Source of the DNA: Candidatus Tectimicrobiota bacterium
GTDB taxonomy: Bacteria > JACPUC01
Direction: 5' to 3'
Assembly (NCBI GenBank): GCA_016192455.1
Contig: JACPUC010000015.1
Span: 62,001 to 99,922 of the forward strand
Length of the DNA: 37,922 nt
A program made the position numbers and the translations under genes. Within the stretch, counting starts at the first letter, position 1. Each line of letters starts with the position of its first letter. Below the pieces are notes generated by a model. The model was not told the DNA's origin. It saw only the letters and a list, made by a program, of their open reading frames with translations, and searched no databases. Below, piece by piece: positions 20,360 to 29,239 of the stretch.

Positions 20360-20638
20360 ATGGCAGAGAAGGCGTTCGATCCCGAGGACCCCATGGAGCT
20401 CGTCGGCGTCGAGCTGCCGGGCTGCGACCCGGCACAGATGCTCGACGACATCGTGCAGGAGTACCTCCTCATGGGCTGGGGAGCGGCGCAGATTCTCGAA
20501 CTCTTCCGCTCCCCCCACTTCACCGCCACGCACCGGATTCTGCAGCTCATGGGCGAGCCTTACGTGACCGAACGGGTGGACCGACTTGCCGAAGCATGGC
20601 AGCAGGGTTGGCTTACCGAAGGAGAGGCAGATGGCTAA
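20360..20638 (+). CDS. Small hypothetical protein within the nxr operon
   Basis: Strong RBS GGAGGAGG; 92 aa (DPEDPMELVGV...EYLLMGW...LFRSP.F); 8-nt overlap with the beta-subunit start. Confidence 0.8.
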   Translation: MAEKAFDPEDPMELVGVELPGCDPAQMLDDIVQEYLLMGWGAAQILELFRSPHFTATHRILQLMGEPYVTERVDRLAEAWQQGWLTEGEADG

Positions 20639-21905
20639 GGTCTACAACTGGCAGATCGGCAGAGAGATGTCCTACCCCTACGAGCAGGCTGCTCCCAAGC
20701 GCCAGTGGGCGTTCGTCTTCAACATCAACCGCTGCATCGCCTGTCAAACCTGCACCTTCGCCTGCAAGGCCACCTGGACCTTCTCGAAAGGCCAGGAGTA
20801 CATGTGGTGGAACAACGTCGAGACGAAGCCGTACGGCGGCTATCCGCAGTTCTGGGACATCAAGCTCCTGACCCTGCTGGATGAGAGCCACCGCAAGGCC
20901 AACCGGCAGATGGTCTGGAACAGCGCCAAGCGGCAGGGGGAGCAGCGTCCCTACGGCACCTACGAGGGGATGACGATCTTCGAGGCCGCCGAGCAGAACG
21001 GCTTGCAGCAGGAAGTGGCCCTGGGCTACGAGCCGAGCGATGCGGAGTGGAGCGCCCCGAACATCTACGAGGACACCGCCACCGGCCTCACCAGCGCCAA
21101 GGGCGCCACAACCATCGCCTCGGGCAGCCTGCCCGAGCATAAGGCATGGTTCTTCTACCTGCAGCGCGTCTGCAACCACTGCTCGTACCCGGCCTGTCTC
21201 GCCGCATGCCCCCGCAAGGCGATCTACAAACGGCCCGAGGACGGCATCGTCCTCATCGATCAGGAGCGCTGCCGGGGCTACCGCAAGTGCGTCATGGCCT
21301 GCCCCTACAAGAAGTCGCTCTACCGCCCGACCACCCGCACCAGCGAGAAGTGCGTCGCCTGCTACCCGCGCATCGAAGGCAAGGACCCCCTCTACCCCGG
21401 CCAGCCGCTGGAGACGCGCTGCATGTCGGTCTGCCCCGGCCGCATCCGCATGCAGGGGCTGGTGAAGAAGAACGCCGACGGGAGCTGGGCCGAGGATCGG
21501 CAGAACCCGCTCTACTTCCTCGTCAAGGTCGCCAAGGTGGCCCTGCCGCTCTACCCGCAGTTCGGCCTGGAGCCGAACGGCTACTACATTCCGCCGCGCT
21601 GGGCGCCCCGCCCCTACCTGCGGCAGATGTTCGGCCCCGGCGTGGAAGAGGCCATCGCGGCGTACACCGCCCCGTCGCGCGAGCTGCTGGCGGTGCTGCA
21701 GCTCTTCCGCACCACCCAGCAGATCATCTTCCGCTACGAGATCATCGAGGGACCGAAGGTCTTCGAAACGACCATCCAAGGGAAGAAGTGGCAAATGTAT
21801 AACGACACGGTGGTGGGCTATGGCCAGGATGGCCGCGAGGTGACCCGCGTGGCGGTGGAGGAGGGGCTGCAGGTGCGTCCCAACAAACACGCCAACTCCA
21901 TCTAG
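20631..21905 (+). CDS. nxrB: NXR/Nar beta (Fe-S) subunit
   Basis: MAKVYNWQIGREMSYPY start; CIACQTCTFAC, CNHCSYPACLAACP, CRGYRKCVMACPY, CVACYP...CMSVCPG cluster motifs; MWWNNVETKPYGGYP; LPLYPQFG. Confidence 0.92.
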   Translation: MAKVYNWQIGREMSYPYEQAAPKRQWAFVFNINRCIACQTCTFACKATWTFSKGQEYMWWNNVETKPYGGYPQFWDIKLLTLLDESHRKANRQMVWNSAKRQGEQRPYGTYEGMTIFEAAEQNGLQQEVALGYEPSDAEWSAPNIYEDTATGLTSAKGATTIASGSLPEHKAWFFYLQRVCNHCSYPACLAACPRKAIYKRPEDGIVLIDQERCRGYRKCVMACPYKKSLYRPTTRTSEKCVACYPRIEGKDPLYPGQPLETRCMSVCPGRIRMQGLVKKNADGSWAEDRQNPLYFLVKVAKVALPLYPQFGLEPNGYYIPPRWAPRPYLRQMFGPGVEEAIAAYTAPSRELLAVLQLFRTTQQIIFRYEIIEGPKVFETTIQGKKWQMYNDTVVGYGQDGREVTRVAVEEGLQVRPNKHANSI

Positions 21906-21936
21906 TTCACCCACTCAATCGCGAGGAGCCGCTGTC

Positions 21937-22650
21937 ATGGGTGCCCCTGAGTCGGCGATTGCTCGAAGCGCCACCTACGACCTCCTCTCCTTGGCCTTCC
22001 TGTACCCGGAGGCGGGTCACCTTGACCATCTGCGCGAGGCCGTGCCGCAGCTCCAGGAAGCCGCCGGCGAGATTGGCTGGGACGACGTGGCGCGGGCCCT
22101 GCGAGGGCTCGGCGCCGAGCTGCGCACGGCGACGCGGGAGGCCCTCGAGACCGAGTTCGCCGAGGTCTTCGGGCACGGTATTCCGAAGGACTGCCCCCCT
22201 TACGAGGGAGAGTACAACCAGGCGCATATCTACCAGAAGGTGCAGACGCTGGCCGAGCTGAAAGGGGTCTACGAGCATTTCGGCCTGGCACCCAATCCCG
22301 ACCTCAAGGATCGCCCCGATCACATCAGTGTGGAGCTGGAGTTCATGCAGGCGCTCACCGCCAAGGAGGCGTACGCCCGGCTCCAGAACCATGGCGACGA
22401 CAAGATCAGCCTCTGCCGTGAGGCCCAGAAGTGCTTCCTTGAGCAGCACCTGGCGGGCTGGACCCGCCGCTTCGCCAGGGCGCTGGCCGGCAAGACGCAG
22501 CGCCAGGGGGTCTACGGGGCGCTCGCCCTGCTGCTGGGAGCCTACATGGAGCGTGAGCTCCAGGAGTTCGGGCTGACGCCGTCGCTCCTCCCCGTCCTGA
22601 CGGACATCGAGGAGGAGGGCGATGCCGGCTGTCCCGGTTGCGACGCCTGA
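21937..22650 (+). CDS. TorD/DmsD/NarJ-family chaperone (delta subunit)
   Basis: CPPYEGEY, DRPDHISVELEFM and FLEQHLAGW motifs; position in the molybdoenzyme operon. Confidence 0.9.
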   Translation: MGAPESAIARSATYDLLSLAFLYPEAGHLDHLREAVPQLQEAAGEIGWDDVARALRGLGAELRTATREALETEFAEVFGHGIPKDCPPYEGEYNQAHIYQKVQTLAELKGVYEHFGLAPNPDLKDRPDHISVELEFMQALTAKEAYARLQNHGDDKISLCREAQKCFLEQHLAGWTRRFARALAGKTQRQGVYGALALLLGAYMERELQEFGLTPSLLPVLTDIEEEGDAGCPGCDA

Positions 22651-22704
22651 CGATGATCCCGGCGACGATCCCGAGAACGAACGCAGCTCAGAAAGGGCGC
22701 TACG

Positions 22705-23613
22705 ATGAATCTGGCAAAGTTCTGGATGAGCAGACGGACGGTGCTGGCGGGCGGGACGGCGGCACTCCTCTCGCTGGCCGGCCGCCTGTGGCTGCGCTCG
22801 GCGCGCGCCCAGCAGACGGCGAGCGGCATCACGGCCGCGCCGGTGAGCAGGGTGCCGCTGGCCCCCGAGGATGCGCTCTGGGGACGGGCGAAGCCCACGC
22901 CGGTGGTGCTGCTGCCGCAGAACCTCGTGCTGCCGCGATTGGCGAAGTCGAACCTGCAAGCCCTGAACGTCCAGGCGCTCTACGACGCCGCGCGTCTCGC
23001 CGTGCGCCTCGAGTGGCCGGATGCCCACAAGGATGACGAGCTGGGCACAGTGCAGCAGTACCGCGACGGCGTCGCCATCCAGTTTCCGGTGAACCCGGCC
23101 GGCTCCGCGCCCTCCTTCATGATGGGCCAACCGGGGAGCGGCGTGGTCATCTACCACTGGAAGAGTGACTGGCAGTTCAGCCTGACCTACGACGTGGACG
23201 AAGCCTACCCAAACATGTACGCCGACTACTACCCCTTCTCCGGGGTTGCGGCCGGGGAGATGCCGGAGGCCACCGATTACCTGACGAAGGGCCGCCGGGA
23301 GTACCTGACCGCGGCCGCGGTCGGCAACAGCTTGGCGGACCCCTTCGTCCAGAAGCGGATCGGACCGATCCAGAAGATGCGCGCGGAGGGCTTCGGGACG
23401 ACGGAGGCTGACCAGGTGCAGGACGCGCAGGGCGGCGGCGTCTGGTCCTCCAAGGGATGGCGGATCGTCATCTCCATCCCGCTCAAACAGAGCGCCTTCA
23501 CCTTCGCCAAGGGCATGACGGTGCCACTTGCCTTTGCCGTGTGGGACGGCGCGGACCGGCAGCGGAACGGCCAGAAGACTTACGCACCCTGGATGAATTT
23601 GGTGCTGGCGTAG
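22705..23613 (+). CDS. nxrC: Heme b gamma subunit (ethylbenzene dehydrogenase gamma / NxrC-like)
   Basis: Tat-like SRRTVLAGG...ARA|Q; AVRLEWPD, YRDGVAIQFP, SFMMG (candidate Met ligand), AFAVWDG...RNGQK (candidate Lys ligand). Confidence 0.82.
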   Translation: MNLAKFWMSRRTVLAGGTAALLSLAGRLWLRSARAQQTASGITAAPVSRVPLAPEDALWGRAKPTPVVLLPQNLVLPRLAKSNLQALNVQALYDAARLAVRLEWPDAHKDDELGTVQQYRDGVAIQFPVNPAGSAPSFMMGQPGSGVVIYHWKSDWQFSLTYDVDEAYPNMYADYYPFSGVAAGEMPEATDYLTKGRREYLTAAAVGNSLADPFVQKRIGPIQKMRAEGFGTTEADQVQDAQGGGVWSSKGWRIVISIPLKQSAFTFAKGMTVPLAFAVWDGADRQRNGQKTYAPWMNLVLA

Positions 23614-23705
23614 GGGCAGGGGGGCGGCGGATCAGCCGCGCGACTCCTGGGCAGGGATGCGGCATCCCCTCCCGAACCCGCGAGTCCGCCGTGACCGCCC
23701 TGATT

Positions 23706-23729
23706 GTAGGGGCGGGGCTTGCCCCGCCC
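23706..23729. repeat. GTAG-type REP-like hairpin (variant)
   Basis: GTAG-GGGCGGGGC-TT-GCCCCGCCC, with GGATGCGGCAT on both sides. Confidence 0.65.
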
Positions 23730-23790
23730 AAGGATGCGGCATACGCGCCGGGTATCCCGCCTCCGCCGGCAGCGCGCGACGCCCAGCGAG

Positions 23791-23825
23791 AACGCAGAAA
23801 GCCCGCGTTGCGGGCTTTCTGCGTT
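23791..23825. terminator. Long hairpin between convergent genes, likely terminator
   Basis: Perfect 16-bp stem AACGCAGAAAGCCCGC-gtt-GCGGGCTTTCTGCGTT between the nxr operon and CocE copy 2. Confidence 0.65.
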
Positions 23826-23912
23826 TCAGCGCTGCCGCGCGGACTGCGCGGCAGCGAGCGTGAAGGGGTGCGGGCGGGGAGGAGCCTCGCCCGCGGCGGC
23901 GCGGTCGATTGA

Positions 23913-25643
23913 TCAGAGGTACGGTTTGCCGCCGGAGATGAAGGTGCCCATGACGTTCCCCCTGGTGATCGGCAGCAGCAGGTGCGAGGGATGCTCCGCG
24001 TTGTGGTGCACGGTGATGCGTGACGCCGAGGCGCGGTGCAGGTGACCCGAGGCCAGCGCTTCGAGCGGGTGCTTGGGTGGGTCGTCAGTGCAACTGATCT
24101 TCAGCACCAGCCTTGATCCAGGCTTGCAGAGAGTGCAGGTGGGAACGAGCGGGATGGTGAACTCCGTCACCTCTCCGGGGGTGAGCGGCTCGGGCTGCGT
24201 GTGCGGGAAAAACGGCGCCCAGGGTTTGGAGCGCTGCGGGTCGAGGCGTCGATGCGAGCCGCGCAGCCAGCCGCGCGTCAAGATGCGCTCCTGCCCCGCC
24301 GCGTCCACGGCGCGCAGGCTGATGAACCAAAGCGCCTCGGGAGCCGTGCTGGAGGCGAACAGCTTGAGCACGATGGGGCCGATGACCTCCGTCTGCTCCA
24401 CGAAGAGGGGGGTGGAAAACTCCAGGCTGCCGCGTCCCCATGGCGAGTCTTCAAACGAGGTCGTCCCCTCGTTCGGCCAGTGCTCGCGCTCGAAGAGGAC
24501 GCCCCCTTCGTGCAGGTGGAAGGGAGTCCATTTCGTTTCCGGCAGAGGCCACTCGTTCGCTTCCTTCCAGGTTCCCTCGCCGGGGATAAAGAGCCTGATC
24601 GGCGGCTCCTGCAGAATCCCCGTCTCGATCCCTTTCAGCCAGAAATCGAACCAGCGCAGCGACTCGTACTGGAGCTGGTAGAGAGGGCGGTCCAAGTACG
24701 CCGGCGGGCCGATCACCAGCTTCTTGGGGACGCTCAAGTTCTCCCAGCTCCGGAAGGCTCCGGGCAGGTGCAGGCCGTAGATGCCCCAACAGGCGCCCAG
24801 GTACGCCGGCACGTTGATGGTCGGGTAGTTTACCCGGCGCTCCTCCCAGTACGGGCCATCGCAGGGGTTGAGCAGCAGGTCCACCAGGAGGGGATTCATC
24901 CCCTGCTCGGGGTTGCGCAGGATCGCCGCCAGTTCAGGCACGCGGGTGATGTCCTCATCCCGCAAGCACGCCGCGATGGCCTGTCCAAACGCCTCCTCGC
25001 CGAGGCGTTGCCGCGTCTCGCTCGCCACCCTGGCCTTGTAGAGCGAGCCATACGCCCACATGCGCCAGAAACCGTGACCGAGGATGCCGCCGTGATAGAC
25101 GGAGTCGCGGTAAAGGTCCGTGGCTCCCCAGGGGGCGAAGATGCACTTCAGGTGGGGTGGATTGAGCGAGGCGATGAAGAACTGAATCCAGGCGAAATAC
25201 GACACCCCGAACATGCCGACCTGGCCGTTGCACCAGGGTTGCCGTGCCATCCACTCGATGAGCTCGCAGCCATCCTCGATCTCGCGGCGGGCAAGAAAGG
25301 GGTAGATGCCGCCCGAGTTGCCGGTTCCCCGGATATTGGCGATGAGGTAGGCGTAACCGCGGCGCACGTAGAACGCCGGGTCGCCCGCTTCGATATAGGC
25401 GGTCCCTTCTTCCTGATTGGCATGCCGAAAGATGTTGATGGAAAGGGCCGCAGGCTTTATCGGTGCGGTTTGCGAGGCTTGATTATACGGATGATAGCCC
25501 AGGATGGCGGGAAAAGGTCCGGCTGCGTCGGGCCGGAAAATATCGGCATCGAGTTCGATACCGTCACTCATGGGAATCTTTACGGAGCGTTCCACCACCA
25601 CGCCGTACGCGCGTTCCGACGTTGTCCATGCAGTGCTAAACAT
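23913..25643 (-). CDS. CocE/NonD family hydrolase, copy 2
   Basis: MSDGIELDADIFRP, NIRGTGNSGG, QPWCNGQVGMFGVSYFA, EVIGPI and LTRGWLRGSHR motifs; evident paralog of 7447-9081. Confidence 0.92.
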   Translation of the reverse strand: MFSTAWTTSERAYGVVVERSVKIPMSDGIELDADIFRPDAAGPFPAILGYHPYNQASQTAPIKPAALSINIFRHANQEEGTAYIEAGDPAFYVRRGYAYLIANIRGTGNSGGIYPFLARREIEDGCELIEWMARQPWCNGQVGMFGVSYFAWIQFFIASLNPPHLKCIFAPWGATDLYRDSVYHGGILGHGFWRMWAYGSLYKARVASETRQRLGEEAFGQAIAACLRDEDITRVPELAAILRNPEQGMNPLLVDLLLNPCDGPYWEERRVNYPTINVPAYLGACWGIYGLHLPGAFRSWENLSVPKKLVIGPPAYLDRPLYQLQYESLRWFDFWLKGIETGILQEPPIRLFIPGEGTWKEANEWPLPETKWTPFHLHEGGVLFEREHWPNEGTTSFEDSPWGRGSLEFSTPLFVEQTEVIGPIVLKLFASSTAPEALWFISLRAVDAAGQERILTRGWLRGSHRRLDPQRSKPWAPFFPHTQPEPLTPGEVTEFTIPLVPTCTLCKPGSRLVLKISCTDDPPKHPLEALASGHLHRASASRITVHHNAEHPSHLLLPITRGNVMGTFISGGKPYL

Positions 25644-26042
25644 GGCGCAGCTCCATCGCGGCGTCCTCGCGCCCGCGCAGTGAGAGGGATGCTCCGTTCC
25701 CCGCCTGCTGCTCCCTCTCGCTTGATTCCACCACCCTCCTAGCCTTCCTGGCGGAGCTCACGCCCGCCATTCTTCTTGCACGATGAGCATGGAAGGTTGG
25801 CGGAAGGCCGACAGGCTCGCCGCGGCGCACATCCCCGGACGCAGCGTCGGCAGGGGTTCGAAGCTGTCGAGATTCCTTCAGCGGTCCCGCGGTCGTGGAG
25901 CACTGCACCCTGGCGCCCCTCTGCCGCTCCACAACAGCATGATCTGGCGGGCCCCGATGATTGCCGCGGTGCAGGAGCGGCCCTGGCGTGCTGCCGTGGA
26001 GACGGTGAAGTTGGCGCGCCGTTCAGCAGAGCGCGCAGCCGT

Positions 26043-26360
26043 TCACGCCGGCTCGCCGCGGCCGAGGCGTCCCCCCTCGTGTTCATAGATTTCATGCCTT
26101 GGTCGGCTGGCGAGGATATTCTCCTTGCCCCAATTCGTCACCTTGGCGAACTGCTCGGAGCGGATGAACGACTCGAAAGCCGTCCTGTCGGTCCACGCCG
26201 AGACGATCAGGTAGGAGCGCGGGTGGTTGACATCGCGGTAGAGATGCGAGGCGGTGTGGCCGCTCATGCTCTTCATGATTTCGAGCACGCGATTGAAGGC
26301 ACGTTCAAAGGTCCCCTCTTTCCCTTCCAGGATTTCGTAGTTCATGCCGACGGTGATCAT
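26043..26360 (-). CDS. Antibiotic biosynthesis monooxygenase (ABM) domain protein
   Basis: 105 aa; ...GKEGTFERAF...GHTASHLYRDVNHPRSYLIVSAWTDRTAFESFIRSEQF pattern; GGAG RBS. Confidence 0.85.
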   Translation of the reverse strand: MITVGMNYEILEGKEGTFERAFNRVLEIMKSMSGHTASHLYRDVNHPRSYLIVSAWTDRTAFESFIRSEQFAKVTNWGKENILASRPRHEIYEHEGGRLGRGEPA

Positions 26361-27244
26361 CGGAGCTCCTTTGGGCGATGGCGCTGGTGTCGTTCCGTCG
26401 TTTTCTCCAGGGTGTTGCAGTCACGGCTGATCGCGCACCGCATCCTAGCATGTCGCTCGCCGCATTTCGAGGCGACGAGGCCGACGGCCCCGGCTCGTGG
26501 TGGCGGGATGCCGGGAGCGCTGCGTTCTACGTGGTCGATACGGGTCGGCCGCGGCTACCCACTCGAGGGAGGCGCTCCCTCCGTCTGGACGTCTGGCAGC
26601 TCTCCCACGACCGAGGACCTCTGGCGCCGCTCCTCCGCGGCGCTTTGGTCAGGCGCCAAAGGGGCTAAGCAGGTTGCCATGCGCACGCTGCCGAGGAGAC
26701 GCGAACGGGCTTGTGGTCGCCGCCGGAGAGGATTCGCGCAGACGGCGGCGAAACTTACCTGCCGAATATCATGGCTGGGAGCGTGGCGGAAAGCACGGCA
26801 TGGGGGAAGCTGCGCAACGGGGGAAACTCTGCCTGGGGACGAGAGCGTAAGGCGCGGCGGCAGGGGGGGTGGGAGGAGGAATCGGCGCGCTGATGTCGCT
26901 GGCGGTGGTCAACAAGCTCAGCAGCGAGGCCTGTCGTTCTTTCTCGGTGTCACGCAAAAGAGCTTTCTGGGCAGGTCACCTCTCTCAAATTCAAGAACGT
27001 CAAGCATCTCAGAGTCTGTTGAAAGTTGTTTGACGGTTCTCTCTACTGAAAAAACGAACAACGCCCCCCCCTCTCGTACCTGTCTACGCCATGGTGACGT
27101 TCCTGGAGGGATTGCCTCGAAGTGCGCCCCCCGTCGAGAACGCAGGCCCTCTCTCCTGACCACTCGCCCCCCTCGCTGCTTGCCCTTCATCACCAACAGA
27201 GCCGGCAAGCTGGCGCGTCCACGGTTCGGGGGCGGGTAGGCCGG

Positions 27245-27475
27245 CTAGGAGCTGCCGCCGAACGATCCGCCCATGCCGCCGCCCATCATACCCATGCCCA
27301 TCTGTGCATATGCCTCAGGAACAACCTTGAAGGAGCGGATGCTGGGGCGGTGGTAGGCCAGCAGGAATGCCGCCGCGCCGATGCCGAGGTGCTTGAAGAG
27401 ATCGCGGCGTTCCACTCCCTCTTGGGGGGTATCGCCCTGCGCGTCACGCGCTTCACCCTTGGGGAACTGATCCAT
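27245..27475 (-). CDS. 76-aa precursor-like peptide B with twin-arginine leader
   Basis: ATG at 27475 after AGGAGG. MDQFPKGEARDAQGDTPQEGVERRDLFKHLGIGAAAFLLAYHRPSIRSFKVVPEAYA|QMGMGMMGGGMGGSFGGSS. Paralog at 28976-29206. Confidence 0.82.
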   Translation of the reverse strand: MDQFPKGEARDAQGDTPQEGVERRDLFKHLGIGAAAFLLAYHRPSIRSFKVVPEAYAQMGMGMMGGGMGGSFGGSS

Positions 27476-27654
27476 CGTGAGAACCTCCTGTCCCCGCAAC
27501 CACTGGGCCGCCATCCCTAAAGATATTCGAGATATTCCAGCGCCGGCCTGCCTCCTGTGCACCTGTCACGTGGCGAGGTGGCCCCCCTTTGGTCACTGCA
27601 AGGAAGCAAGCTGCGTTTACCCCGGCAAGGGTGCGCGCGCCTCCTGGGATCGCT

Positions 27655-28578
27655 TCAGGGGACCGGCGCGCCACAGCTTGCAAGTGTCGCTCTGATGGAG
27701 CTCACCCCTTCTTCCAGCGACGCCATCGTGAGCTCATAGCCAGGCAGCGCGTGAGCCACATCGATGAGGGCGCAGAGGCGCTCCGTGGTCCGTTCCTCGA
27801 GGTTCATCCCCTCCTGAGTCAGCCGCTCGAGGACCTCGGCCGGATCAAGGGCGCGCAGGCGCGTTCGCTCCTCTGGCGCATACCTGGGGAAGAAAAGCAG
27901 CGACGGCTTCGCCCGCGCGCCAGGGCTCAGTTGGCGGTAGGAAGCGGGATCGACTACGTAGCGCCGCTTGCCGTCGAACTTGGTATGCGAGAAACATACC
28001 GCGGCCGCGGGCCAGAAAGCGCGCAGCGAGGCGAGAACGTCCTCCCGCAGCAGGAAGCTGCGCTGGAAGGGGATGAGGGAGAGGCGCGCCACGTCGAGAA
28101 AGATCAACTCTTCCGAGACCAGCACAAACCCCAGGGATGCCAAGCCGGCCAGGAGCGTTGATTTTCCCATCCTCGGCGGGCCGATGAGGAGGAGCGTTTG
28201 CCGCCCGTTCGTCATCGCTCCCCCATGGAGATGCACGCAATCGCCGCGCCTCGTGGCGGCGTGCGCCCCGAAGGATCGGTCCACCTTGTAGAGGGCTTCA
28301 TCCAGATTCGGCTTCACGTGCAATTGCGAGCCGGCATCGATGACCCGCCACTCGGCGCCATTCGAGGTGTGGTGCACGGAAAAAGTAGGGAGCTGGGCCC
28401 GGGCGCTCTCCGCCCGGTCGCCGTTGCGATCACCATTCTGGTCGCCATGATCGCTGACGCGCGCGTAGTAGAGCTGGGACAACCGCGCCAAGAACTCCGC
28501 GCTGTTGGTGCGCAACTCAACCTTGCACCCGGCGAGCCAGAAGATCGCGCAACTCTGCCCCTCTTGCCGTTTCATCAT
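27655..28578 (-). CDS. HPr kinase-like P-loop protein, copy 2
   Basis: HLHGGAM...LLLIGPPRMGKSTL (Walker A)...LVSEELIFLD; paralog of 30468-31325. Confidence 0.8.
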   Translation of the reverse strand: MMKRQEGQSCAIFWLAGCKVELRTNSAEFLARLSQLYYARVSDHGDQNGDRNGDRAESARAQLPTFSVHHTSNGAEWRVIDAGSQLHVKPNLDEALYKVDRSFGAHAATRRGDCVHLHGGAMTNGRQTLLLIGPPRMGKSTLLAGLASLGFVLVSEELIFLDVARLSLIPFQRSFLLREDVLASLRAFWPAAAVCFSHTKFDGKRRYVVDPASYRQLSPGARAKPSLLFFPRYAPEERTRLRALDPAEVLERLTQEGMNLEERTTERLCALIDVAHALPGYELTMASLEEGVSSIRATLASCGAPVP

Positions 28579-28975
28579 CGAGGAGAACGCTTCTCAAGCA
28601 ACAACCCCAATCGCCTTTCGAAGACTCCTACAGTAGTGCGAGATAAAGCAATCGTCCTCAGGAATAAGTAGAACAACTCCGCTTATCTATAGACCCGCCT
28701 TTGGTTGTCAAGGAAATCGATGCGCCCCATGAAGAGCGCCGCGCGTGCGGCCAGGTGGCGGGTGGTTGAACTCCCTGGAGCGACACCTACCCTCCGCGGA
28801 AGCAGACGGCTCGCCAGCCGGACACACCACCTCCGCCGCGCCGCGGCACACTCCCCGAACCGCCGGCGCTACGTCACCCCTCCCCTCGCTTGGCAGCTTC
28901 TGTCTGGCCAGAGGGCCGAAGCAGGCATGCCGAGGGGGCCTCGACGACGAGCCGTGGAGGCGCCGAGATGCTCCG

Positions 28976-29206
28976 TCAGAACCCCATGTGCATGTTCTGC
29001 TGGCCGTGTCCGAACGAGCTCTTGCCGGGGTGATCCTGCGCCATGGCCCCCGGCGCGACCCTGAAAGTACGGATCGACGGTGGATGATAGACGAGGAGGA
29101 ACGCCCCCGCGCCGGCGCCGATTGCTTTGAGGAGGTCGCGGCGCCCCAGTCCGGAGGCAGGTTTCTCCTCTCCCTGACTTTCTGTCACACCCTCGTACGG
29201 TTCCAT
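28976..29206 (-). CDS. 76-aa precursor-like peptide A with twin-arginine leader
   Basis: GAGGGA RBS. MEPYEGVTESQGEEKPASGLGRRDLLKAIGAGAGAFLLVYHPPSIRTFRVAPGAMA|QDHPGKSSFGHGQQNMHMGF. Starts 33 nt after the methyltransferase stop. Confidence 0.85.
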   Translation of the reverse strand: MEPYEGVTESQGEEKPASGLGRRDLLKAIGAGAGAFLLVYHPPSIRTFRVAPGAMAQDHPGKSSFGHGQQNMHMGF

Positions 29207-29239
29207 TGTTTTTCCCTCGCCTGACCGCGGCGGCGGCCC

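Noticed and set aside
27011-27026. AGAGTCTGTTGAAAGT as an IS terminal repeat
   Set aside because: No partner repeat or transposase remnant was found nearby; too short to support.
26769-27208. Third precursor peptide among ORFs 26769-26957 and 26918-27208
   Set aside because: Neither has the RRDLxK or YHxPSI leader or a convincing RBS.
25776-27239. 487-aa plus-strand ORF
   Set aside because: It overlaps the ABM gene in antisense, is Arg/Ala/Gly-rich with no domain motif, and looks like a high-GC shadow ORF.
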